64,000 nt of DNA, taken from NCBI GenBank assembly GCA_950097015.1, contig CATNEN010000011.1:5022001-5086000 (forward strand), given 5' to 3'. A program made the translations under genes and the position numbers. Below, piece by piece: positions 1-11,700 of this stretch (position 1 is the stretch's first letter; each line of letters starts with the position of its first letter). This DNA comes from Macrostomum hystrix (taxonomy: Eukaryota > Animalia > Platyhelminthes). The notes beneath the pieces were generated by a model. The model was not told where the DNA came from. It saw nothing but the letters and a program-made list of their open reading frames with translations, and did not search any database.

Positions 1-200
1 ACGCTAGTATTGCACCTGACATTCTCATTTTCGGGCACTGTACTTTCCCTGTGACTTGGGGGGTGAGTCGACATGGGGCGAAACTTTGGTTGGCAAAGGC
101 CCAAAACTTACTCTCCAACGCTGCGCCATAAATAAATGTAGCTTTGCCGCGGATTCGAGCTCAGGTTGGAGAGCCGAACAGATGTTGCAGCTTTGCCACT
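1..200 (-). mobile_element. Degenerate copy of the tRNA-derived SINE
   Basis: ctgcgccataaataaatgtagctttgccgcggattcgagctcagg resembles the reverse complement of the SINE head/body seen at 43547-43903; heavily diverged. Confidence 0.4.
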
Positions 201-325
201 TACATGCCGTTCAAACAGGTGTCATTATCTACACCGCTAGACAGTTTTTCACCTGTTGACCAGATAGACTCACGAACCACGGACTATTCAAAACATGATT
301 CTTTTGTGTAAAAAATAGGTAGCGC

Positions 326-2846
326 ACACAACTACTTATAGTACAGTGATGTCATTCTGGCTGGAGATTTCTGTTGGATTTCAAAGCTGGCAGGGCACGG
401 CATTGAATCCTAACAAACTTTTAACGAGAAAATTAACAGGCGCCGAGTTTTGCATTCGCAGACTCCACATACAGCCTAGGAAACCGCCTAGCAACTGATG
501 CGTTGAGTATGACGATGATGAAGACAGAGATATCGATGAGGACAGACATCAGAGACAACAGACAACAGACATGTACAGAGCTGGACGAAATGCTATCCCA
601 CCTCCCGTGGTGTCCAGTGGACAGGAATCTGGAAGAGGAAGAGGAAACAAAGGAAAAGGGATACCGAAGCGGAGTGTCAGGAGCAACTCCTGCACGAGGC
701 AAACGGCCCTTTTTGTTAGCGGCAAGCAGTAACGGCCGAACTGGTTGCCGTAAATTATCAGGCCAGACGTGTCAGAGCCAGATCACAAAAAACTGAGAAA
801 ATACTGGAAAGACAGTGCCAGAACATCAAGGAGATGGCTTTACTAACGATAGAGAAGAACCCCGGACCAGCCAGTCCTCAAAGGCAGAATACGAGCCAAA
901 CAGCGGAAGGCAACAGGAACGGTAGCGAGAAAAACTCTAAAAACCCAATAAAAATTAACAAAAATTAACAAAAGGGATAGAAAACCAAAAAAGAAACATC
1001 AGCAAGCCGAGAACAGCGAAAATACCAGCAACGCAGAAACAGACGAACAAGAAGACGAGAAATCAAAGTTGCAACGCGCAAAGACCAGTGCAAGAATGCA
1101 AGGATCACGACCTGGAATGTCGACAGACGGGCTAACATCCTCTCCACCAGATTCGTGAAATCGCCAAAAAAATCAATGAACGAGAAATTGGAGATCATCA
1201 CCCTCATATCTGAACTGAAAGCTACCATGCACCAGCGGAGTCAGAAGTTTCCACCAGAGAAACAGCAATGTCCACCTGATTCATGACACCCACACAGGCA
1301 TCCTACTCAACGACGTCTTCTTTCAAGCATGAAAAGACACAGGATCCAAACACAGAAGCGCCGAGAGCCACCTACATCGAGATTCACGACGCCAATCTAA
1401 TCAGCGTCTAATGCCCGGTTAAGGGGACACCAACGTGTACGACACTGAATTAGCGAATCTCCGGAATGACCTGAAAAAATTCATCCACTCCGACCGGAAA
1501 TTGTTCCCGATTCTGATTGGAGGCGATTTCAACGCGCAAATCGGTAAAACAAACTTGCCTGACCAAAAGAATCGCGGGAAATTTGGCCTTGAACACACCA
1601 ACGCACAAGGAGAAGACCTAGCCACCTGGTTAACCGCGAACGACCTCGCCTGGGTAAACTCCTTCCACAACGCCGTAAAAAGTGGCACTTGGCAGAATCC
1701 CGGAAACGGGTCATGGCTTGAGATCGACGGCTTTATCACTAGAACGAGTGAACGACACCGCCTAATAAAAGCCATAAAATGTCACAACCCGAGCCCGCTC
1801 TCCGATCACATCCCTCGAACAGTGATTGTGAAGGGTTTCGAGAGAACCAAAACGAAACCAGCACATTTCTCCTCGAACGCCAACAAAAAGAAGCCGAACA
1901 TTAATTGGAAGAAGCTGTTCACAGAATAAAATGTGGTTAAACTCCGGGAAGAAATGAGTAGCCGACTTACAGAGCTGGAACTCACTCACAGTGAAGGAAA
2001 AAAACGAGGATTGGAAATATGCCCAAAACATCTTCATTGAAAGCACAAGAGAAGTCTGTGGACACATGACTCGAACCACCAATCCCTGGATCGCAGGCCA
2101 CGAAGAAGAACACCTCGAAGCACAAAGACTGCTGGCCGTGGCTCTGACAGAAAGGAACAGACGAAGGAACTTTTATCCTAACTCAGCACAAACGATCGTA
2201 GCGACTACTACACTCCAAGCGATCCGCAAGAAGATCAAGCTGAACATTGCGTCCTGGGAAGAAGAGTGGTGGGACAACATCGCGACGGAGTGTCAGGAAG
2301 CCGCCGACAAAGGCCAAATTGCTGTGGTTTACGACAAACTCCGCTCAATGGAAAAGAAAGGAAATTTCAACAATAGTGAAGCAGCCTGAATTTCGACGAA
2401 GAAGATTTCAAACAGCACCTTGAAGCAATCCAAGGTATCAGGAGGGAAAATACGCCAGAAGATCTCGGAGCCGCCAGAGCTGGCAGCATCGCCGACGCTG
2501 TCAGACTGTCCTCGACGTAGATCTGCCGCTGGTGGCGGTCGTTTTGCTCCGCACTGAGCCGCCTAGCCAGCAGGCGAAATCGTCGACCAAGGCCGTCGTC
2601 GATTCTCGGCGAATGTGGCGACGATTCCAGAGTGGCCAAGTGTCGCGAGGTGTCGGCAGCGAAGCTGCAGTCAAGCCGCAGTCGACCTTGCCTGTTGACG
2701 CTGACGGAGATAAAATCCTGGCCGTTGGGAAGCTCATCAGACGGTTGTCCATGCCAGAGTATGAGGCTGGCCGATGCTGTGCTGTTGTTGACTCGAAGCC
2801 AGAATTCAATGTGGAATTCAAAGCTGGCCGAGCTAGACAGGTAGTC
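326..2846 (-). pseudogene. Partial duplicate of the terminal LamG exon of the gene at 8783-20625, split by a LINE fragment
   Basis: 326-546 matches about 8723-8948 (about 9 substitutions plus a 6-bp deletion). 2473-2846 matches 9003-9376 (7 substitutions). 8949-9002 is missing and the copy has no splice acceptor. Confidence 0.9.
547..2472 (+). mobile_element. Decayed non-LTR retrotransposon fragment (RTE-like), AP-endonuclease region, no RT
   Basis: Motifs ARITTWNV (~1097), LISV*CP, GGDFNAQIG, GKFGLEHTNAQGEDL, TWQNPGNGSWLEIDGFI and SDH spread over frameshifted ORFs (1435-1929, 1991-2389), followed by the linker region. Confidence 0.85.
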
Positions 2847-3329
2847 GCTAAATTCTTTGGGCCTGAAAGTTGCTAACGAACAAGTAATATAAAAAATAGT
2901 GGAGCTGGTGTTTCGTGTTTTAAGGGCTTCGGATTATTTTCTTTCTTGGAATCTGCTATGTTGGCATTCCTCGAGTATACGGGAATCTCGAATAATCAAG
3001 ATAAAAAAATTTATTCTAGGCGACATGTGATTGCGAAAAAGTTGAATTTCTCGAAAAAGTTTCTGATCTTTTGAAATGAACTTCCAGTCTTCGGTTCATT
3101 GATTTTCGATGCGACATAACTAAAACAGAGACAGTAGAAAATGGTATGATGGTATCAAATTAGTTATGGTAACGAAAGCATATCCGGTTAGATAGATCAA
3201 ACAAGTCAATAAAGAGAAGATATACAAGCTACGTATCATTACGTATACGTAAACACTTATTTGATATAATCGATACCTGTCGTATTAATAGATAGATAGA
3301 CAGATGGATAGATAAATAGATATGTTTTT

Positions 3330-4498
3330 GTGATTTAGATATGTCTCGACGCAGCAGGGCAAAGAAATTGTTAATTTCAGTCAGCGTCATTGTGTCATTC
3401 ATGATTGCAAAGGACTGTATTGTGCGAGATGCTGTAGTAATTCAGAACCGTTGATCTCGTCATCGTACTGCCCTGACGAATGCTGTTCGGAGGTACGAAG
3501 GTCGATTTTGAGTAGAAAGTTTGATTGCCCGGAGCCGCTGAAGTGACTCCAACCTCCACGAAGCTGTTTGGTCGTAATAGTTGGTTGATGTGTCCGTAAT
3601 AAACGGAATGGCGTTAATATTGTAACGAAAGAAGTACAGTCCCAGGGTCCACTTGGCGACCCGTCCCACAAGGCTCTCTGTCGCATGTGTAAGTCTCCGA
3701 TTGCGTTGCCTCCCGAGTCATCGTTTAAGTCTGATCAGCCACGTCTGGCCTTGCTTTAGGTTCGCAAAGTCCACAGCCTCCAGCCCCATTCTGGACGACA
3801 CTCCATCGAACTTGGCTCCATCGGTGCTGAATTCCACAGCCTCAGACTTCCACTGCTGAGTCTGGCCGCACACCAAGTTGTTCCGGCTGGACTCAACGTC
3901 TTCGCTCATCTTCCAGGCTGCCCGGAGCTTGGAGCCCGCAGCACTCGTGAGCAGCCTGCTGTTGGACATGAACGTGACGGTCCTTGTATTGGCATATGCG
4001 TCACAGCCATGCGATGGTAAGCTGATCCATGAACGTGACGGTCCTTGTATTGGCATATGCGTCACAGCCATTCGATGGTAAGCTGATCCATGAACGTGAC
4101 GGTCCTTGTATTGGCATATGCGTCACAGCCATTCGATGGTAAGCTGATCCATGAACCTGACGGTCCTTGTATTGGCATATGCGTCACAGCCATGCGATGG
4201 TAAGCTGATCCCATCATTAGCTAGTTCATCAATGAGGTGGCACACGTTGATGTACTGGAACAGTGAGCACTGACGACTGGCTCCGTTGAACTGGGCCACC
4301 AACAAGCCGTTGGACTTGTCGGCCGAGAGCACACAGCCGGGCAGTTGAAGTCGATGGCACGGATAGCAGAGCAGTAGAAGCACGGCTGCTCGAGATGCAC
4401 TGCTGGATTACCAGTTTGCGCCACGTTGAATGACATCCGCAGCTAACCGGAGCTGGCAGCTGACATGCCAGAGCTGCCATGACCAGCAGGCTGATACC
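3330..4498 (-). pseudogene. Frameshifted secreted-protein relic (Cys-rich PAN-like N-terminus, possible ConA/LamG-like C-terminus)
   Basis: Acceptor cccag| near 4498 is followed by signal-like GISLLVMAALACQLPAPVSC. Fragments PCFYCSAIRAIDFNCPAVC, QFNGASRQCSLFQY, FSTDGAKFDGVSS and IQSFAIMNDTMTLTEINNF lie in different frames. The domain call is by eye only. Confidence 0.4.
3969..4211. repeat. 61-bp tandem repeat x4
   Basis: Unit tgaacgtgacggtccttgtattggcatatgcgtcacagccatgcgatggtaagctgatcca starts at 3969, 4030, 4091 and 4152. Confidence 0.95.
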
Positions 4499-4763
4499 TG
4501 GGGTGTGATTAGGTGTAAAATGAATTATTGCATGTCGAATTTCATTGTAAACAAATCCAAAATACTTACTGCAAATCCTCATGTTAAATTTGCTGGATAA
4601 GGAAAATGTTTTTCGTTTCTGACTAAAATCGCTTTGAGCCCTGGGTTTACAGCTGGGCCAGTATACTGCAACATATTTCATTTTATTCGGCTTGTCTTAT
4701 TAAAAAATTCTGCAGTTCACTAATGCGTCTATTTGAGCATGACGTGAAGCATGGGGAGAGAAC

Positions 4764-4825
4764 TATGAAGCATCTATCTATCTATCTACTTATCTATCTA
4801 TCTATCTACCTATCTATCTATCTAC

Positions 4826-4862
<37 letters not shown>

Positions 4863-5020
4863 ATCTATCTATCTATCTATAATCTATCTATCTATCTACT
4901 TATCTATCTATCTATTTACCTATCTATCTATCTATCCATCTATCTACTTATCTATCTATCTATCTACCTATCTATCTATCTATCTATCTATGTATCTATC
5001 TATCTATCTATCTATCTATG

Positions 5021-5058
<38 letters not shown>
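4764..5058. repeat. (TATC)n microsatellite; second copy at 5812-5906
   Basis: Direct reading. Each copy is followed by the same ~120-bp unique segment (5059-5180 and 5907-6030). Confidence 0.95.
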
Positions 5059-5231
5059 AAAAATCGGTATTTCAAAACATCTAGTACTGTGTGCGTGGAT
5101 TGCCTCTAAGAGGCCTTCGTCAATCATCTATCTATTTAAAACCTACGTTTCGTTACTGTAAACAGTTAGATACAATTTTCCTGTTGTATCTCGCTTTCTA
5201 TATCTCGAGATATAGAGATATATCGCTTATA

Positions 5232-5812
5232 CTCGCTTCGCTCGCTCTTTCTCGCTTTCTATATCTATTGCCAGGACCTGCACCGGAGCGGTTACGAAAA
5301 TTAGGCTTCTCGGTAGTGGCAAGCATTCATTTGCACTACTGCTTGAGTAGTCTGGTTTTTGTATGGCATTGGCTGGTTCCAGATGGTAGTTCCTCTGGAT
5401 AAAAGCGCTTACCGCGCCCATTGGCTTTCCAGCTGCCTTAATCGTTTCCGGTGATCTTGTGTGCGTGCATTCAGCGTGATTGGCTGCGGCAAGCAAGCTC
5501 GAAAGAGCTCGCTTCGCTCGCTCTTTCTCGCTTTCTATATCTATTGCCAGGACCTGCACCGGAGCGGTTACGAAAATTAGGCTTCTCGGTAGTGGCAAGC
5601 ATTCATTTGCACTACTGCTTGAGTAGTCTGGTTTTTGTATGGCATTGGCTGGTTCCAGATGGTAGTTCCTCTGGATAAAAGCGCTTACCGCGCCCATTGG
5701 CTTTCCAGCTGCCTTAATCGTTTCCGGTGATCTTGTGTGCGTGCATTCAGCGTGATTGGCTGCGGCAAGCAAGCTCGAAAGAGCTCGCTTCGCTCGCTCT
5801 TTCTCGCTTTCT
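5232..5812. repeat. 276-bp tandem duplication
   Basis: ctcgcttcgctcgct starts at 5232, 5508 and 5784; the copies look identical. Confidence 0.95.
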
Positions 5813-5869
5813 ATACCTATCTATCTATCTATCTATCTATGTATCTATCTATCTATCTATCTATCTATG

Positions 5870-5907
<38 letters not shown>

Positions 5908-6336
5908 AAAAATCGGTATTTCAAAACATCTAGTACTGTGTGCGTGGATTGCCTCTAAGAGGCCTTCGTCAATCATCTATCTATTTAAAACCTACGTTTC
6001 GTTACTGTAAACAGTTAGATACAATTTTCCATATTCTTAATCGCTTCGCTTCGAAAATCAATGAAACAAATTTTAGTATTTCCATGTAGCAGTTCAGAAA
6101 CTTTCTAAAAAAAATTTTGTTCGCAAGAAAGTTTGCACGGAAAAAATGCATTCCTTAAAAGCGAAGTTTTATCGATTAATCAATACCAAATAGTATTGAA
6201 TGCCACTAGCAGATTCCAAGAAAAATAATTAAATACGAGCTGAAGCCTTGAAAACGCAAAACACCAGCTCCAATATTCTTCCAATTTGTTCAGTTTGTCC
6301 GCAACGCTAAGGCCGAAATAATTTAGCGATCCCAGC

Positions 6337-6666
6337 ATGCAACCGAAATTACTGATTGTTGTTTTGCTGCACGCTGTTGCACTATGCGGCTGCCTACTAC
6401 AGGTAAGCGGATACGGCAATAAGTTGAAACGTTGCTTCTGCGACAGGCACTTAGAACCAGTGTGCGCAAACGGGCGGACTTATTCAAACAAATGTCTAGC
6501 TATGTGCGACCAAGCCTTGGACATTAGCAAAGGCGCCTGCCCTTACCGCAAGTGCCAATGCCCTAGGGTGTACAAACCAGTCTGCGGCGATGGCAAAGCC
6601 TACGCCAATGCCTGCCTCGCTGATTGTGCCAATGCGAAGCGATTCGAGAAATATCCGTGCCGTTAA
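6337..6666 (+). CDS. Secreted two-domain Kazal-type serine protease inhibitor (109 aa)
   Basis: Signal peptide MQPKLLIVVLLHAVALCGC. Two Kazal motifs: CFCDRHLEPVCANGRTYSNKCLAMC...C and CQCPRVYKPVCGDGKAYANACLADC...C. Confidence 0.9.
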   Translation: MQPKLLIVVLLHAVALCGCLLQVSGYGNKLKRCFCDRHLEPVCANGRTYSNKCLAMCDQALDISKGACPYRKCQCPRVYKPVCGDGKAYANACLADCANAKRFEKYPCR

Positions 6667-7388
6667 TACAACTAGAGCTAATTAAATCTTCACACAACTA
6701 TAATGAATAGCGTACCATGGACCATGTTAATGCCATAACAGCACTTCGGATTAACTGTCTGGAGTTCATTTCTGTGTCTTTTATTTCCATGTGCAACGCC
6801 TACAAAATTAAATATGCGCGACTTCGAGCATAGGCGAAAAGAAAAAATAACAATATTATTTTTGTGGAGGAAGATACCAATACAACCAATGCTTTAGAAC
6901 CAAACATCACTAAACTAAAAAAAGGCGACACTGTTTAAAAACGCATACTGATCTTGCGTCTTTCATTGAACTCAATTATTTGCTATAACATAAACCGTAT
7001 TAACGTGCAGATGCTTTATAAACATTTTAAACAAAACACTTTTGTGAGTCAAAGCCGAACAAGTTATAGTAGGAGTGTGAAAAAGTGCTGTAATTAACTG
7101 ATTATAATTCTTGCTTCATTTATTTAATGATAATGATAAAAATACATTTACAAGACAAAGATCTAGTTTTTAGGCAAAACTAGTATGCAGATTGTAAACG
7201 CTAGGACCTTCTAGAAGTTAATAAGGTAAGCCCTACAAAGTCTAGACTTCATAATAGATATTGTTACACATTATTAAATAACAGAGACTTCACAATTCTG
7301 TAAGCAAACTTCCAGCCAGAAACACTCGCACTTGTCACAGAATTAATCTTTATTATTAAGATTCAAGACGTTCAAGATGCGTCCGCAG

Positions 7389-7583
7389 GACACTGGCGCC
7401 CGGGGCAGCTGGAGCTGCAACAGTTTTCACTATAAGCGCCTGCCGCTGCTGTCCGAGAGTCTTCATCGGTGCCGGGCCGAGCCGTTCGCCAGCCCCGTCA
7501 TGGCCGGCGGACTGTTTGACATCAGCCGGCGATGGTTCAACGAGCTCGGCGGCTATACGACGCCGGCCTGGACATCTGAGGAG
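7389..7583 (+). pseudogene. Polypeptide GalNAc-transferase (GALNT10-like) pseudo-exon
   Basis: ccgcag| ... |gttggt boundaries. Encodes HYKRLPLL..EPFASPVMAGGLFDISRRWFNELGGY, then a 2-nt frameshift to DAGLDI*G (TGA in place of the conserved Trp). No other GALNT exons seen. Confidence 0.75.
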
Positions 7584-7889
7584 GTTGGTAGCCCGGTGGT
7601 TGTCTGCATCTGAAGGCTACGTACGGCTGTTCAGTCCATGGACAGAACTGGGCGGACTGGGCGGGGGACGCCACACCCACCCTCAATTACCCCAGCTAAT
7701 GCTGTTACCTATTTAACAGCTGGGTGAACTGGAGCAATGCAGAGTTAATTGTCTCGGCTAAAGGACACAAAGAACAGTTGCAGAAAAGCTGTTGATAACA
7801 CTGCGAGTTCTTGGTATAGAGACGCAAATATTCCAGTGGTACAAAACAGCCTGCAGACGGTGAGATCCTCCGTCCTAACTGAACAGAGC

Positions 7890-8215
7890 GAGGGAAAATA
7901 TTTCCAAACTGCATGACGGCTGCGCGACGAGGAGCCCGCCTGCGCCCACTCTTGGCAACGTTTGTATTGCGGGTCAGCAGTGCGAGAAGCAGTGGATGAC
8001 CCTGCAATGTGCTCTAAATTCTATAAGCGCTATGTGGATGACTCGAAGGACTACCAGTGGTCCTAGTTAAATTTAGTTTTTTTTTAACACACCACAAGAG
8101 GATGTGGTCCATGACCTTCGATCGCTGCTGCGAAAGCTGTAGTGACAGTGAGCAAGCTCAGCAGTTCAAGGTTATTGATCGCGGTAGGACTGACTTTAGG
8201 CTCAAAGTCAAAATA
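7890..8215 (+). mobile_element. Penelope-like retroelement remnant (RT motifs plus GIY-YIG tail)
   Basis: EGKYF / KLHDGCATRSPPAPTLGNVCI resembles YKQxDGVAMGSPLAPTLANIF. Then KFYKRYVDDS (~8016-8045) and FKVIDRGRTDFRLKVK (~8164-8213), with frameshifts and a large internal deletion. Confidence 0.6.
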
Positions 8216-8782
8216 AGAAACGGGAGTGGTGCAAAGCCAAAGCACGCCACCGCAGCACAGAGTACATGCATTGCGCCAAATAATGGTAGTGCTTCCGAAG
8301 AGAAATCCGTAACTTTTTTAAACAGAATGAAAATAGAGACAGTCGAAGTTAATTCCTTTTATTGCATACGAGCGTATATTGATATTAAACCATTTCAAAC
8401 TACTAAAATGTTGTCATATTTATTTAAACTCAATTAAGATTTTCATGTTGGTGGTAAATCAATCAACATGTTTAACAGGTGTGAGTATTTTGGGTGCATT
8501 GATGTCTGCATTGACTGTGAATGTACAAAAATATTTAAATAGTTGGTGATGCGCTGTTTTACCTCAGTATGACTGGGAATGCCAAGCTCAAAGACGAAAG
8601 TCTTCGAGTAATTATTTAATAAATACTTGTATTATAGCCCTCCCTTCAAGGAAATAATTCATGTGATGACCAAATTTAGTGCAAGGCTGATACCGAATCT
8701 GTTTACAACGAAAATGGGTGAACACAACTACGAGTACTTATAGTACAGTGATGTCATTCTGGCTGGAGATTTCTGTTGGATT

Positions 8783-11700
8783 TCAAAGCTGGCAGGGCAC
8801 GGCATTGAATCCTGACAAACTTTCAACCAGAAAATTAACAGGCGCCGAGTTTTGCATTCGCAGACTCCACAGACAGCCTTGGAAACCGCCTAGCAACTGA
8901 TGCGTCGAGGACGACGATGATGAAGACGGAGATATCGATGAGGACAGAGCGCTGTCAACTGGCAGGCCGCCGATGTAGATGTTGCCTTGCCGACGTGAGC
9001 TGGCCAGAGCTGGCAGCATCGCCGACGCTGTCAGACTGTCCTCGACGTAGATCTGCAGCTGGTGGCGGTCGTTTTGCTCCGCACTGAGCCGCCTAGCCAG
9101 CAGGCGAAATCGTCGACCAAGGCCGTCGTCGATTCTCGGCGAATGTGGCGACGATTCCAGAGTGGCCAAGTGTCGCGAGGTGTCGGCGGCGAAGCTGCAG
9201 TCAAGCCGCAGTCGGCCTTGCCTGTTGACGCTGACGGAGATAAAATCCTGGCCGTCGGGAAGCTCATCAGACGGTTGTCCGTGCCAGAGTATGAGGCTGG
9301 CTGATGCTGTGCTGTTGTTGACTCGAAGCCAGAATTCAATGTGGAATTCAAAGCTGACCGAGCTAGACAGGTAGTCCCCGCGAAGTTCAATGTAGCCGTT
9401 GCCATGGAAACGGGCAGACTGATGCAACATTGACGCTGTGGTAGAAGAGTTTGTTTCTGTTAGCAAGCCTGACAAACAGAGCTACTGCTATTAGTAGGTT
9501 TAAAGGACAAGGAGTATATGCCATTTGTCTAACAGGTGTGTGAATACACTCCTTGTCTAACAGGTGAGTGAATGCACTCCTTGTCTAACAGGTGAGTGAA
9601 TACACTCCTTGTCTAACAGGTGAGTGAATACACTCCTTGTCTAACAGGTGAGTGAATACACTCCTTGTATAACAGGTGAGTGAATGCACTCCTTGTCTAA
9701 CAGGTGAGTGAATACACTCCTTGTCTAACAGGTGAGTGAATACACTCCTTGTCTAACAGGTGAGTGAATACACTCTTTGTCTAACAGGTGAGTGAATACA
9801 CTCCTTGTCTAACAGGTGAGTGAATACACTCCTTGTCTAACAGGTGAGTGAATGCACTCCTTGTCTAACAGGTGAGTGAATGCACTCCTTGTCTAACAGG
9901 TGAGTGAATATACTCCTTGTCTAACAGGTGAGTGAATACACTCCTTGTGTCCATGAGTAATACTCTAAATTTTTGATTGTTTTAGTTGACAATGCTATAA
10001 AAATAAAATTCTTGACTCGAAGAATTTCTCTGCCAAATCTCTGCCAAATAGATAAAATACTTCTCTTCACTGCCGCAACTCACTGATTTGGCAGTGCAAT
10101 CCAGTGAAGCCCAGCCTGCAGTGGCACAGGTGTCGATCTCTACTAAGGCCAATGCATCGTCCGGCGTTAAGGCAGACTGTCCTATCGCAGGGCGTCGCTC
10201 GACGCTCGCAAAATCGACCAGAACGATCGTCGGGGCATTCGCACACCATCTGTCGTTGAAGTCGTCGAGAGTCGTCGATTGTGTCGCGGCAGGTCGCCGA
10301 TTCGCAAAGAGCCGAACGGCAGCCGAGAGTTTGGGCGCAGTCGCCCACTCCAGAATGTTCAACAGCAGCATCGGCCAGCTCCACCTTTGACGCCATCAGT
10401 TCCAGATTCTTTAGGCAGCCACGGTAGCCGCCCTCTCCAGCGATGACGTCACCAACTGCGGCGATTACGTCATCGCTTAGACCGGCTAAATATATATGGC
10501 CAGCTATTTTTGGCAACAAGCGACTGTCATTGGCTGATAGGCTCAGTCTGGCCGAAGTCTCCGATTGGTTGAGGCTAAGACTGAGCTCTGTCAGGCTGCG
10601 CCTAAAGGCCACCCGCGTCCAAGCTCCAGCGGGTAGCGGCCGGTCGCTTTGAAGTTGATGAAGCTGGCCAGAAATTCTAACTTGCGCCTGAAGAATTTCA
10701 GTAACAGGAAATAGCTCGAATGATTTGCACATTAGCATACTCTTGGCTTCTACCGATTTTTTTAAGTTGTATCAAACTTTAAATCCAGTGTCTAAAACCT
10801 GACATACTGTCTACCATCGAATCTACTATTTAGCAACTAACCTACTGTCTAACAGATAATCCGTTTTTAACAGGTCGAATTTCTAGCAACATTTATCAAT
10901 GACAACGATTTCACCAGGCCAGTACTCACCAGCAGTCGACCATTTTTCATAGACAAGCTTTGAAAATCTCCGCCTAAAGCAACTAGATCTCCTGAGAACA
11001 TCAGTAGCCCGGAGCTCGAGTCGTCAGGCCGGACTGACAGAGTCACAAGACTGCCGGACGGGTTGGGCTGATTGGCCACCGCCAGGTAAGAGACGGATGC
11101 TTTGCCTCGTCCAGTGAAATGTGGCACCTTAATTGGGTGTCCTTAATTGAAAAAACGTAGTATAAATTTATTGCTTTTGTCTGTCTGTACCGGACATATG
11201 GCTATTTGAAATTCGCCGTTGTATTTCTACTGGTAGGTGTGTATTTCTTGGGACGGAATGTACAACTAATTTCTTGTAATTTAAGTTAAAAAAAAGTGCG
11301 GTGTTACACCTAAATTATCAAGGAAAAATAATTTTTTTGGTGTTAGAACTGGATTCAGCGACCTTGAATTGACTTTTCAAACCTTGCGATTCTAAATGCC
11401 TGATCAATTGTTTACCTCAGATAAGAGAGTAATTAACGTGCACTAATTATCAAATTGGGAGATTTTTATGAGCTAACGCAGTTTACCTGAATACTTCCAG
11501 GCATGTTTGTAATTATCGAGATAAGAAGTCAGAATAAAATCGCACAACTGGTTGACTTTTATCTACATTTTTGACTAAAAGCTAACGTGAAGTGAAATAA
11601 ACTCACTGCTTGTGGCAAACTGGGAGACTATAAGTAATTTAGCTGATTAGAAATTGTTAAACATTTCAGCGAATTCAACGAGAAATGCTATTACTTTACA

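Noticed and set aside
4723-5109. YLSI-repeat ORF (and the poly-Ile/Leu ORFs at 24187-24457)
   Set aside because: (TATC)n and (AAT)n microsatellites.
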